A stretch of DNA of 64,000 nt from the NCBI GenBank assembly GCA_964016885.1, contig OZ024742.1:243908001-243972000 (forward strand). The letters are read 5' to 3'. The translations under genes and the position numbers were made by a program. This document shows, piece after piece, positions 1 through 14,424 of this stretch. Below the pieces are notes generated by a model that saw only the letters and a program-made list of their open reading frames with translations, was not told the DNA's origin and made no database searches. How positions within the stretch are numbered: position 1 is the stretch's first letter; every line of letters begins with the position of its first letter. The DNA is from Eledone cirrhosa. Lineage: Eukaryota.

Positions 1-3000
1 CATGTATATACCATCATAATCATTTAATGTTTTCCCTGTTAGATAGATAATTGACAATGATTCCTGAAGTTTTCATTGCAGATCTTATGTTAAAATATTA
101 TATTTGATTCATTCATCTTTAAATAATTAAAGTTCAATTCGATATAAATATAATTTCTATTACTTTTGAAATATAGCAATTTAATTATAATTTTTGTCAA
201 ATAATAGCACTTAAAATACATTCAATATATATTAAAAAAGCTTATCTTCTAGCTGCTGCAACCACCATCAGTACTATTGCTGCTGCTGCTACTACTACTA
301 CTACTACCGCCACCACCACCTCCACCACTACTACTACTTAATTCTTTTCACTCACAGCTGACATACAGAGGTGGGGGACATCAAATGTTTGTGTATGAAT
401 GAGTATTTTAGTAGCATTCATAACTGGGTGTTTACTGGAAAGGGAATAAGAACTGCAATGTTCATGCCTTTCCCAATAGCATAAATAAATATAATTGAAG
501 GGAAACTGACTTGTCATAAGTCACAACTGAGCCTTGGACTTTGACTTAGGCCACCAGTAGCTAACTTTTATTGTATATGGTTTGCTGTTGACTGAACATG
601 CATATGTGTATGTGTGTACATGCACATGTGCAAATTGAAAAGATTTATTTCTTTCAAAACTACATGTTGATTCTCCACAATGAACGAACACCACTTGTAT
701 CTCCAAATCTAGCTTTATTTATCTTTTGATTTTAAATTTATTTGTATTGATATTACATACAAATAAATAGAAAAGAAATCAGTACAGTTCATGTGTACAA
801 TACTTCTCTCTTTTTCTCTTTCCCTCTCATATATAGGCTACATTGCCTTGATAGACAACATATGCCTTCTACCTGGCGACAGCTTGAACCTCTCTTAAGC
901 TTTTATTTTGATGAATTAGAGTAATAGTTAACCTTTCAATAAGCCAATTTTGCCAAGTTTGCTTTAATGTCCATTTGAAGCCAATTTATTTCAATTAAGC
1001 CCTTTTGATTGTATGAAACAAAACCACCCATTTTAAATGGTTTCTTCTTAAATTAACATTTTCCCAGCATATTTTTTAAAAATTAAGAACTATTTGTTAT
1101 AAATACTATCTTAATAATGAAATATTTAATAGTTTTAGTAAATCCTTCCAAAATATTCATTAGTTGATTAAAATACAGTGTAGTTCAATAGAAATATGGC
1201 AACAAAAGGGTTTATGCTTTAAAAAATTCCTTTCTTCTTCCTTTCAAATTACAATTTTAATCCTCTCAACTAGCAGTAGTTGAAAACTTATGAAGGCATA
1301 TGGCCTAGTGGTCAGGGTGTTGAACATATGATCATAATGTTGTGGGTTTAATTCCTGAACTGGAAGACACATTATGTTCTTGAGCTATATGCTTCAATTC
1401 ATGTTGCTTCACATGATAGGACTGGGGCCCTTATGATTAAAACACCTGAGCAACCTCCTATGAAATACAACTTTGTATGAGGGCAGCTAAATCTGCATAG
1501 GTGTGATCTGTACATTTTTTCTTTCATTATTGAATGGAATTGTTAAAATAAGTTCCAGTACTCAGGTTGACTAAACCCTTGAAGGCAGTGCCCCAGCATA
1601 GCCACAGCCTAATAGTCTGAAGCCAGTAAAAAAAAATACATACACACAAATCAAGCATACATTTGTAAACAACACTAATTCCACATATTAATGCTTTAGT
1701 GCATATATATTCATATATTAGCATATGCACATGTGTATATACTACTGAGAGAGAGGGGGGGGGGTACATTCCACTGTAAGCACATTCTCTATCTTATTCA
1801 TGCATAGTTACATATGTGTAAATGAGAGGAAGGATGGAGAGACAGTGATAAGGATTATTTATTTGATATTTTGATATGAGTTGTTATATAAAATATTATC
1901 ATTATATTGCTAATGTAATAATATATAATACCATTGTTTGAACTGACATTATTCAATTAAATCTCTTCTGCTTGGAATTTGTTTGTGTACACTTTTACTC
2001 TTACTAATTTCAATATTTGGATTGTGCTCATGTTGGTGCACTGCCTCAAATATTTAGTCGGTAATATTGACCCCGGTACTTATTTCAGCAATCTGTATTT
2101 GTTGGACTGCTAAGTTACAGGACATAAACAAACAGCCATAGTTGTTAATTGATATAGATGTAAAAGCAGATATGGACAAACATACACATATACATTCAGG
2201 ACACTTCTTTCTAAACTAAATGTAAAAATGCTTTAGAAATGTATGTGTATATTTTTATATAGCTAGTAACCCTATTGCATAAGCTCTTATAAAAACTATG
2301 GACTAAAGGGGGAAAACCCTGAAAGAAACTATGTTACTTGGTAAGTGTTTGCTTAGAATTCCCACTATATTTCAGTTAACCACTGTAGGGACCACAATTC
2401 ACACATGCCTTCCCCTGTTTTTGCCAGTGAGAAACAGTGGTGGCTCCATGAAGGAATATTATTAGTAACGTATAACTTAAAAAATATAAGAAAGAAAAAA
2501 TGACAAGATAGCTGCTTTCATGATTGGGAACACTTGCATCTTCAATAGGGATGCATGGAAGGTGGCAGTGGAATAATTATGAAGTCAGTCACGATCGCTA
2601 GCAGCAGCAGCAGGAACAGAGCAGAAGTCTGAATAAAAACTGATACACGGTAGTAGAAACACTTCATTCCTAACAGACAATTTCTTTAGTGTAAGTGACA
2701 CGATAAAATGTGTTCTATCTCATACTCTAAAGTGGCTGGACACTGATGAAACAGACCTGTTCAACCCATACCTGCATAGATACATAGAGAAATAGCCATA
2801 TGATGATGATATGTTTTCTTCTTTAAATTCTTGATCATCTTAGGCAAAGTGCAATTGACTATGTATGAAACTTTACTCATAATAATATTTCTATATTAGT
2901 ACAAAGTCAAAAGATTAAAAGAAACATGGGTGTAATCTATTACCTGATATTTTATTTATTTAAGATATTTTATTTAAGAATGAAAGGCAAAGTTGATACG

Positions 3001-4353
3001 GGTAGGGTTTTAATTCAGACCTTTGAAGGACATATCTAATTACTGTTAAGTAATTAGTGTGTCACTCTATTGTTTCTACCACTCTAACGATAATAATAAT
3101 AATAATTTCTTAAATGGACACCAGGCCAGGCATATTTGGGAGAGGGTTTAGTTGATAATATTGGTCCTAGTACTAGGCTGGTACTTTATTTTATCAACTC
3201 CAAAAAGAAATAAGGACATAAGTGCTGTAACTAAATACTGCAAGGTATTTTGTCTACCGCTCTAATGATTCTACAATAATAATAACAAGAAGGATAATAA
3301 ATTCTTCTTAAATTAGTCTGAAATGGGAAATTTATGGAAGAGTAGAGCTAAGAAAATGCAATAGTCTTGGTGTCAGCACTGACAACTAGGCAGAAAGCCA
3401 GTTTTGTATAAAGTGGTTATAATTAATTGAAATGAGTTCAGATATATCTTAGTGATCATTTCTGTTAGTAGGATTAAAAATTCTTCATTGCTTGTCACTT
3501 TACTAGCTATTATATAGTTTGTTATGTTACCACAGAGTCTCCCTCCCCAATTTTTTCTTCCTAATTACTTAAGTAGCTAGAATATTAATGACTTTATTAG
3601 CATTGAGACAGAAAAGAGCAAGTTTTATTGACAGTATTTGAACTATATACATTCTATTGCTAACATATTACCAATTCCATTACATAGAACCATTTCCTCT
3701 TCTCAAATAAGGTACTATAAATTGTTTCTGTTATATCAAATGAACTATTTTATCTCCACAAGATAATTTGTTGGGTCACTTAGTACTAGTAGACTCAGCT
3801 ATAGAGTTAAAATAACAGAAATAATTTCTACTACTTTATTTTAGAAAAGGAAATGGCAAGGCCACTATAGTGTAATCAACTGGTAATGTGATTGCCCAGA
3901 AAGCAGTAGATATGTGATTTAAGTCACGCCAATGGTTTTATTAACATCAAAAGGATGAAAGGCATACTGGACCTTGATTGGATTTGAACTCAGAATGCAG
4001 AGCGCCAGAACAAATATCAATACTCTAATGATTCTGTGAAATTGGCTGTCTTAATTAAAATCATAGCAATAATAGTTAGGATAGAACATTTTCAAATGTC
4101 TATAAAACTCTTCACACGGTCTTTCTCTGTATAATTCCTTTTGCTCTCTGTAATGCATAATTGTTTATTCCATTTGAAAAGGTTTTATCACCAACATAAT
4201 AATTATTATCATTATCATTGTTAGTATAGCGCAAATTTTGTTTTTAGTTCAAATTACAATCAGTAGCATTGGTTTTCAAGGTTGTACATATTGCGAATTG
4301 CATGCTTTTTTATTCACTATTATTTATTTCAGTTATTGTAGGTATGAAGAAGT

Positions 4354-4523
4354 TTATCGCTTTAGCATTTACATTACTCTATATTTACTATTGTATTTTG
4401 ATATTATTTATTTTGATAACAATACCTTACAGTCGGTATGTGGTGCCAGTTACAGCCGGTTTGAACAGAAAGTGGTGAAAGAATTCTGGCCGGATGCAGC
4501 CGGTTTAAATGCAAAAAGGTTAA
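4354..4523. mobile_element. piggyBac-like MITE family 1, internally deleted
   Basis: Same body (ttagcatttacattactctatat..gccggtttaaatgc..ggttaa). Confidence 0.75.
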
Positions 4524-6690
4524 ATAAAGTTAGTTTGCAGCTATAAAATGTTATATCATATGCTGAGCCCTTTTAATTGATTCTGTTGACTGTGGTTTTC
4601 TTTTTACATACTTCCTCTTTGTAGAGTATTATTCCTGTTTTTCATGATAGGTTGATAATCTTAATTTATATTTATTGTTTTGTGATCTTCCATATGTTTA
4701 TCAATGGCTGTATGTTAGAATTGCAAATTCAGACACAAGCAAGAGTTCATTATCTTCATCATCGTTTAACGTCCATCTTCCACACTAGCGTGGATAGTTA
4801 TTGTGAGAGTCTTATTTCCTTCATTAATGTCCACTCCACATTAGTATAAAGTGATATCAACATGTAGATTTGACAAAGTAAAAATGCCGTACTTGAAGAA
4901 CTAACACAAAGTTACGTATGTTATAGGTTTGAACTCATATGTCAGTAGAGAAAAGCTTGAGTCATTCAGTTTCATCTCTACTTGAACTGGCTTTTCTGAC
5001 ATATAAATAAAGCATTGTATCTCTCAATTGTCGCTGACATTAGATGCCAACTTTAGTTATTCTCTGCACCTCAGAGGCAAATCATTGCATCATCTCTTCT
5101 GAAAATTTTGACATCAAACACGAAAATTAAATCAGTCCTGCAAACCATAATTTAATCTATCCCCTTTCTTTTGGATTCTGATAACTTGCCAATTAAATTA
5201 TGCTAACTTCTCTATTAAATTGATAACAATGAAACAATATTGAAAAGCTGCATTGGTTGAATGAGAAACTTGCCAGCCATATACAGTCTGTACTTCTCAG
5301 GTGTAGATGAAGTATTTCAATGAATCTATCAAATGTGACTAGTTTAATAGCCTTAGTCCAATAGATCTGTATTGAATCCAAGTCTACTGTAGAAACTGTT
5401 TCTTAGTTTTCATCAAATAGAGAAATATAGGAAAAAAGTAATGGATACACATTTCATCTGAAACCTAAATCTTTATTGACTCTGCAAAAAATGTTGACTT
5501 TAGTGGCACTGCACAAAATATCGACTTTAGTGGCACTACCAAAATTTTGACCTTTATTGTTTCTTGCTCCTTTTTTTTTGTAAGTATTCATATGTTTGCT
5601 TTGGGTTCCCTAATGAAGTAATAAAAGTACTTTTAATATAATATATGATTTAGAAAATAAGATCAATATCAAAGTTTATGTAAAACTTTGTAGGCTTTTG
5701 GTAGCAGAATCTCTCTTTATATAAAATTGGAGTGGGGGAGCATGATTTGCTGAGAATAATTTGGGGGAGGGGGAGACAAGAGAGAGATAAGGTTATGTCA
5801 AATTTTAAACTTATTGTGCTCTCTGAAAGCTGAGTTCAAATCCTGCTGAAGTCAACTTTGCCTTTCATCTTTTGAGGGTGGATAAAATAAAGCATCCAGG
5901 ATGATTGATTGGTGGAATTATTTAAAGCATTGGATAAGATGGAGGGTGGTATTTATTATAGCTATTTGTATTCTGAGTTTTAAACTGTTTGTGGCCTTCT
6001 TATGATATAGACATAATTTGTTGTCTAGTTTAACACCACCACATGGGCCTTGGAAATATTTAGTGAAGCCCACTCTATTGCAAGTATTTAGAGCAGGGTT
6101 CGGGTTTAAAGATATAACCCTTCCTTTCTCCTAATAGTCTCGGAAGCCCTGAAAAGTGTCATGGGTACTGCCTTTCTCTAACTGACTAAAAAAGAAAGAC
6201 ACACACACATGTATATATATATATATTATATGTGTTACTGATATCAAGTACAAAAGATACATGAATTTATTGAAAAGTGACTCTTGAACTATGAGTTCTG
6301 GTTCTTTCATTTTAATTCTTCAATGATTTTCTAATGAAAGAAACAGAACTAGTCCTGTAAGAGTTACTTTTTAATAAAGCACACGAACAATACAATCATT
6401 CATACATACTTACACACATACATACAAGACATGATGTTTCAGTTGTAAACACTAGACATCTCCTGTGAGTTTTCAAAATAATTAATGACATACTTGTGTT
6501 GATGTCAACAAACAAAAGAATCTTCTGGTTGTTGACCACCATATTTTCATAACGAAATTCTATAGTTTTTATTTTTATTTTTGATACGCACACACATACA
6601 CAGGCATGTGTGTGTTTGTGTGCAGACATAATTTCTTTTAGCATTGAATATATTTAACTCATTTGATTATCTTTATTTTTCTCTTAACAG

Positions 6691-6716
6691 ATACTGATCT
6701 GAAGAATATGTTCTAG
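6691..6716 (+). other. Candidate 26-nt non-coding 5' leader exon
   Basis: Acceptor ctttatttttctcttaacag|, donor TAG|GTAAGT; stops in all three frames; contains ATG TTC TAG. Confidence 0.5.
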
Positions 6717-7730
6717 GTAAGTTTTATGTTTTCACTTCTATTGTTATTAGTTATTAGCAGTGATATCTGTCATTGCTTGGGTGCTGAATATATAGAATGT
6801 TTTTTTTGGGGGGGGGGGGGGGGGGGGTGTAAACATTTTATGGAGTTCTTTTCATACACACCGATTTAATAACATACACTTAGTCTTGGTAGTGCACACA
6901 TTGATATACATATATATCACACACACGCACATGCACACGCACGCACACATGCACACGCACACTGAATCTATACACACACATACACACACTCTCTTGCTGC
7001 ATTATGACTTTCAGTCTTCCCTACATCTCATTTCTTAAATAAGATTTTTTTACCCCAAGGACAGTTGGTGTTCAGATTTTCTTCCTTTATGGATTATTCT
7101 GTGATGGATCTAGATCTCTGTGATAAATTTTGTGAAGATTTGTTGAAAAAAAGATGATGTTATTTCAAGATAAACAAACTTTCATGTTTATTATATAGAT
7201 TTTTGTGTGAGTTAATTCACCATTAAAGAATGATATACTAAAAGTCTACTTCTGATGTCATAAGAATAGTTGCTATTGTTTCTTGTTATTTACTTGGACT
7301 GACTATAAACATGATAAATGTAGAAATACAGAAACAGGAAATAGAATAGATGCTGCAGAAGTACCATTTCTGTGATAACTATATGTAAGCTGCAGTAAAT
7401 ACATTACAAGTAGAAATTGCTTAGCATATGAACAAAGGGTTGAAAATAGTAAAGTATAATATCTGAGAGTAACAACCAAGAATGTTGTAATAGATTAAAT
7501 AGAAAGCAGATACTATCTATGAGATGCAATTTCTTTCTTGCTTACAAGATTCATCTACTAGTTTGTGCTATATAAACTTGTTACATCTAACTGTTGGGCT
7601 GCTAAATTTGGGTTTGAACTAAGTTCCTTTGCAGTTTTTACCTGTGCCCTAATTACTTGGCTGATATATTTATAAACATTTCATATTTTTTCTTTATTAT
7701 TTTTGGTCTTTTGTTTTCTTTATAAATACA

Positions 7731-7985
7731 TAACCCTTTGATACCAAACAGCCTGAAACTGCTGCCTCTGGTTTTATGATATGAAACTATTTATTTTAAA
7801 GTGTTTATATTTAACTAAAAACCTTCCATCATAATTTTATGTAAGAACCGTTGTATTCCAAACACCAGATTAAGAATGAGAAAGTTAGTTCTATCATTAA
7901 ATCTCAAAATTCTTGATTATTTTCAAAATTATTCGAAAATCATAAGCAATGCTGTTCATTAAAAATATAATCATGAAAGGGTTAA
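7731..7985. mobile_element. TTAA-type MITE family 2 (other copies at about 25675-25845, 37265-37505, 39420-39779)
   Basis: taaccctttgataccaaac.gcctgaaa ... gaaagggttaa; shared internal blocks among copies. Confidence 0.7.
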
Positions 7986-9165
7986 ATAGAATCTATCCAA
8001 TAAATATCACAAAAATATTAATTTGAAAAAGATTATTCCTAATAATTCATTTATTCAGGTGTGAGATGATACAATCTAACTACTGTAAGCTCACAAAGTA
8101 TGAAACAAAATCTAATTAATTTCTGTTTTGCAACTAGAAAATGATAGTATCCTATAGTGTTTTGGTAGAAAATGTTTAAAAACACATTTCTTAATTCAAA
8201 TGTTTATTGTATCTTTATCAGTGGACAGATCATTGTGAAAACATTTGCAGTATTACAGTAAAACCTAATGTTTAATGGAATGTAGTCACATGTTTTATAC
8301 TTTTGAAGAATTTTTTTGTTAATGCAGTTTCATGTGGTACAGGATGTTAGGAGTTAATATAGGGCCATTGACAAGATATATATTTTGAAATCTTCATCTT
8401 TTTGATCATCTTGACTCGTCTGTCTATAACTTCTTGATTAAGATTATCACACTAGAATACTTTAATTAAATAGAACTCTGAATGGTTAAAACTGATAACT
8501 GATATAAATGATAAAGATTTTAATTAATCAGTATTGCTCTCATTATCTTCGCCTTCACTCTATATTTAACCAGGAAGTTGTTGAGGTACAATATAGCCAG
8601 TGAACAATATTTCTCTACACACATAGGTGCCTTGTCAATTTTCCTGATGTACAATGTTAGTCATGATCATAGGCCAGATGGTATAATAGACTCATTGTTT
8701 GCATTCAGCAATATTTGAGTGTGACCTAGGGTGTATTAAATTTTGAGTAACAAGATACCTTATTAGTAAAACTTATTGATATTTACATTGTCTCATTAAT
8801 AAATTGTTTGTTAGCCACCATGATTATTTAGTCCTAGATCTATCAAATGCTCTGTCAATACTTATAATCATTATATACTGTTTGTTACCACAACATTAAT
8901 GTGATCATAGCAAAGAAACTAAAAGAATTCTGTCTCTTACTTAATTTTAACAACCATTTGAATGTGTTACTTCTCCATTCTAGATAAGAATATTTCAAAT
9001 TAGCTACTGTCCACATTTATCTGAAGCTTTGATTGTATGTCTTAGCTTATTTATTTCATATAGAATAAGTATTATAGAAAAAGTACAGATTAAGAAAAAT
9101 ATACCAGGTTTCAAGAAAAACAATCACTAGAAGAGATGAATCAAATTGGGACAGGTAATGTAGAA

Positions 9166-9305
9166 GGCGGTGAATTGGCAGAGCCATTAGAATGTCGGAT
9201 AGAATGCTTTATGGTATTCGTTCCGGCTATCTGCTCTCAGAGTTCAAATCCCGCCGCGGTCAAATTGCCTTTCATCCTTTTAAGGTTGACAAAATAAGTA
9301 TCAGT
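9166..9305 (+). mobile_element. Older SINE family B relative
   Basis: ggcggtgaattggcag..gagttcaaatcccgcc..ttgcctttcatcctttt. Confidence 0.75.
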
Positions 9306-9929
9306 CTAGAACTGGAGGCGATTCTGCCTTTCTGGAAGAAATCTGCTGTACTCAGGCCTGGAGAGGGATGGGCTTTGCCAGAGTTAAAATGCCCAAGAAA
9401 TGCCGTATGTTAATATGGTGCCCCTACCACTCTATCAGGAGTTACGGGAATGTAGAAATTAGAGTTGGGGGCTGGTGTTTTGCAGGAATGTACGGAAAAG
9501 AAGAGAATTTCACAAGACGATGATCCTTAAGATGACATTAGACTGAATGTAAAGTTTGGTGCATGGCTCAGGCAACGTAATAAAGTAGAAGACCAAAACG
9601 GCAGGTTCAGCAGATATGTTTATGTAGAAGTAGGTTTATGCATGACAATAAATCAGAGTTGATATGTTTTCAGTAAAGAAGGTTTGTCAAATTGGCAGTG
9701 ATCAAAGGAGATACATCATTACAGATACGAGTGAAACACCCTATAGTGAGGTATATCTGGTCCTGATTAAATAGTTTTTAACAAATGTCTGGTGCATGTA
9801 AACAACTTCTCATTATACTCACCTCATTAAATGCATTAGAATTCATGGCAATTATGAACTACTCAGTATTATCCTAGTCTTTCACTCATTTCACACATTC
9901 TGAAGCTGTTTTACATCTGGTTTTGAATT

Positions 9930-10030
9930 CTAGAAAGGACCAGAGTTGAGTCGATTAAATTTACTCATTCTCTAGCGTTTACATCTAGAGAATGTGTGAA
10001 TTTTATTAACTCCGCTCTAGTTGTTTCTAG
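9930..10030. repeat. Decayed 46-bp inverted repeat
   Basis: Arms 9930-9975 / 9985-10030, 36 of 46 positions complementary. Confidence 0.7.
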
Positions 10031-10955
10031 TATTAAACAAAAAATAGCCCTACATTTCATATATTGACAGTGGTAAAATAGCTGAAATAATTTAACTTGC
10101 ATTAAGTCCTTTCTATCTCAATAGATTAATACTCTATCTCTAGATATATTTAAACAACTAAGAGAAATATTTTTTCTTTCTTTCTTTAAAAAAGAAAAAT
10201 CTCTCAATGGATTTAAAACTGACGAATGATTCCATAATCAGTTTTCAATTTGGTGGTGGAAAAATCTAAGATGAAATAAATCTAAAATTGAAAATGTTTT
10301 CTATTTTAATATTCAACTACCATCAATATTTAAAAAATTATTTCAAATTGCTTGTTTTCGAAAAAAAATGTTTAAATCTTAAGATCACCAGTTTTGAAAT
10401 GCCTATGGATATTAGTTCAGTAAAATGAAATCTTCTCCTTACAGGGAGGAATGAGAAAAGTTAAAACATGATAAATAACCATATGTATTTGGGGTTGATA
10501 CAGAAGAAATACTGAAAATGGCTGTTTTTGCTTGTTCTGGCTGCATTTATTGATAAAAAACAAATATTGTTCCTGTTCATAATATAAATAGTCTTAATGG
10601 TTAATTAAGTATGCAGCCAAACACAATAGCTATTAAGATGTCAACATGACACAGTCATTAAAGTGTTAGTCTAAAGTAACAAATAAATCTAATTTAATCT
10701 AATAGCTAATAGCTGTAGGATTAGCTAAGCTTTAATGCATAATACCAATACCTCCAATTAAGGATATAATACTGTGCAAGAGCCCTACTAATTCATTGAC
10801 ACATCATCTGGATCATTAGCAGGGAAAGTATTTTTCCTTTGGGTTATAAACATCCTATATTAGGTGTGGAGTTTCATGCAGAGAATTACTCTGCCAAGGG
10901 ACAATGGTATAAACATTTTACACACTTTCATACACAACTCAACATAACACGACAC

Positions 10956-11043
<88 letters not shown>

Positions 11044-11419
11044 TCTCTCTGAAAAATGACAAGAATTTTGCTGTGTTACTCTTGCTTTGACATACTTACT
11101 GGTAATGGAAAGTAGCATTCCATGTTAGACTGTCAATCAGTATAAATAATGTTGGTAAACATAAAAATTTAAATATTTCCGTTTATAATAACAACATTAC
11201 TTTAATATGTCAAGACAACATGAAAACTTGATGAAAACATATTATCCTGACAGTAATTAAGATAATACAAATATTAATAAATAGGTCTAAAACCTTAGAC
11301 AAATAATGTTAGATGTCTTGCCCATAAGTTGTGTTTCAAGAGAGTTGATTCTTCTTTATTGTATTTGTAGAAAAGTGAAGGGGGTCAACATTATATATAT
11401 ATATATGAGAGAATATGCT

Positions 11420-12030
<611 letters not shown>

Positions 12031-12518
12031 AGTGACCTCATAGAGGATATTATTGTGTATAGTAAATGAACTGATACTTCTTTCTTCCACGTTTGTTGAG
12101 AGATGTTTTAAAAAAGATTTATCGCTATTTTTTTTGTTGTTGGATAAATTTATCTGTTGCTTTTGAATAATTGTTGTTTCGTATGAAATGTAATAAGTTC
12201 TCCTTGTCATTGAAGTAAATAAATGTTTGACCGTTCCACACTCAAAAACAATGTTCTCTCTCTCTCTCCTTCATTTCTTTCTTCAACGTTCCTAAAGGAA
12301 GTTTTTAAGTTTAAGCATATATAATAGAAAGTTGCAGAATGTATGTAGTTTTATCGAATTTTAAGGGGAGTAGAGAGAGGATCAGATTGTATTAGAGGGG
12401 TAAAGCATCATGTATTTAGTTTTATCTATTATTTCCGTAATTGTGGGTGAGTTTGAATGAAATAAATAGTCGTTTACCTAAGTTAGACCATTTACAACAT
12501 TCTTACAGACGTTGAGTC

Positions 12519-12650
<132 letters not shown>

Positions 12651-12808
12651 CCCACCCACCACCACCACCACAACAACAACAACAACAATCTGCCTTTTAT
12701 AGATAATGATATAATAAATGTGAAGACTAAAATCTGAAGAGGGCTCAATAAGGATAATATATATATAAATATATACAAAAACTGTGGAGCAAATATTTAT
12801 TAAAATAA

Positions 12809-12896
12809 CAGATTAAAGTTTAAGCAAAGAATCACTGCTTTCACCCTTAACGTTAAGGGTGAAAGCAGGGCGATTCTTTGCTTAAACTTTTATCTG
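12809..12896. repeat. Palindrome with a perfect 34-bp loopless core (12835-12868)
   Basis: ctgctttcacccttaac|gttaagggtgaaagcag plus outer arms aaagtttaagcaaagaatc / gattctttgcttaaacttt. Confidence 0.9.
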
Positions 12897-12926
<30 letters not shown>

Positions 12927-12977
<51 letters not shown>

Positions 12978-13280
12978 ATTAATGTATATCTTCCACGCTA
13001 GCATGGGTTAGACGGGTTTGTCCCAATTAGAGGCAAGTTGGCTCAGGTGACCGTGTGCCACTAATATAGCAGAGTTTCTGACCGGTTTTTCTATGGCTGG
13101 GTGCCCTTCCTAACGCCAACCACATTGACAGTGTGTGCTGGATGCTTTTTGCCGTGTCTTTTACACGTCCACTTTACAGTGTGGGCTGGGTGTTTTAGGG
13201 CTAGTTACGGCTGGATGCTTTTCCTAATGCCAACCACATTTACAGTGTATGCTGGATACTTTTTGTCATGACACCTACAC
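12927..13280 (-). mobile_element. RTE 3' UTR fragment
   Basis: (ATC)n followed by ccacgctagcatgggttagacggg..cccttcctaacgccaacc units. Confidence 0.8.
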
Positions 13281-13468
13281 GATATATATATAGAACACTG
13301 GAAGGTAATATCTGTAGTGGTAGAGCACTCAGTCCATGGGACAAGTTTGGTAGAAGTAGTAACGCAACAGTTAGTTCACCATACCAAGAACAATCGTTTC
13401 ACCTTATGCGGATCTTCAGCTCAGACTGGTCATGGTTATATATATAAAAATTATGTGTTCATTTTATG

Positions 13469-13536
<68 letters not shown>

Positions 13537-13680
13537 TTGGAGCTCTGAAATAGCAATATATATATGGATGTATATATAATGTATTTTGCAATACACTTTA
13601 TACTTAATTAAAAGCATTTTGAAGACCGTATGCTATTGTTTTAGAGTAGTGACAAATTCACTTACTTTAATCTCAGCAAA

Positions 13681-13751
13681 CAGGGGAGATAAGCCGACAA
13701 GGGCCTTGTTTCGCTTTTGTTGAAGCTTATCAAGGCTAACTACCCCTCCTG
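13681..13751 (-). ncRNA. Type I hammerhead ribozyme, inverted copy
   Basis: Exact reverse complement of 13890-13960, in the left arm of the palindrome. Confidence 0.75.
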
Positions 13752-13889
13752 TCTACTGAGATTACTGATGTTATATTCTTATAGAATTCTAGTAAATAAT
13801 CAGGAGCTGACCAACAATCGCTCTGTATAATCAGCTCCTGATTATTTACTAGAATTCTATAAGAATATAACATCAGTAATCTCAGTAGA

Positions 13890-13960
13890 CAGGAGGGGTA
13901 GTTAGCCTTGATAAGCTTCAACAAAAGCGAAACAAGGCCCTTGTCGGCTTATCTCCCCTG
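13890..13960 (+). ncRNA. Type I hammerhead ribozyme (U3-A8 core variant)
   Basis: Stem I AGCC/GGCU (extendable to CAGG/CCUG), core UUGAUAA, stem II GCUU-caacaa-AAGC, GAA, stem III ACAAG-gcc-CUUGU, cleavage triplet GUC at 13943-13945. Confidence 0.75.
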
Positions 13961-14093
13961 TTTGCTGAGATTAAAGTAAGTGAATTTGTCACTACTCTAA
14001 AACAATAGCATACGGTCTTCAAAATGCTTTTAATTAAGCATAAAGTGTATTGCAAAATACATTATATATACATCCATATATATATATATATAT

Positions 14094-14326
14094 ATCATCA
14101 TCATCATCATCATTTTACGTCCGCTTTTCCCTGCTTGCAAGGGTGGGACGGGAACTGGTTCTGGCTTAATTTCTACAGCTGGATGCCCTTCCTAACACCA
14201 ACCTCATTTACAGTGAGTGCTGGGTGCTTTTTTTCCGTGGCGCCTACACGTCCACTTTACAGTGTGGGCTGGGTGCTTTTTTGCCGTGGCACCTCCACGA
14301 CCACTCTACAGTGGAATGATATGGAC

Positions 14327-14328
<2 letters not shown>
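14094..14328 (-). mobile_element. 5'-truncated SINE family A abutting the palindrome
   Basis: Contains the SINE A linker gggtccatatcattccactg and tail; (TA)n on both sides. Confidence 0.85.
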
Positions 14329-14377
<49 letters not shown>

Positions 14378-14383
14378 ATGGAC

Positions 14384-14424
<41 letters not shown>

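Larger units (their letters stand above)
13556..14085. repeat. Long inverted repeat with 255-bp arms and a 20-nt spacer; probable inverted pseudo-LTRs of a Penelope-like element
   Basis: 13556-13810 is the reverse complement of 13831-14085 with one mismatch (13602 A / 14039 C); flanked by (TA)n. Confidence 0.95.

Noticed and set aside
2263-2340. Possible exon ending at TTG|GTAAGT
   Set aside because: Strong donor but weak acceptor; such donors occur by chance in 64 kb.
6807-6828. Long G or C homopolymers (also 20799-20824, 49235-49252) as G-quadruplex elements
   Set aside because: Simple homopolymer runs, common in such assemblies and of uncertain length.
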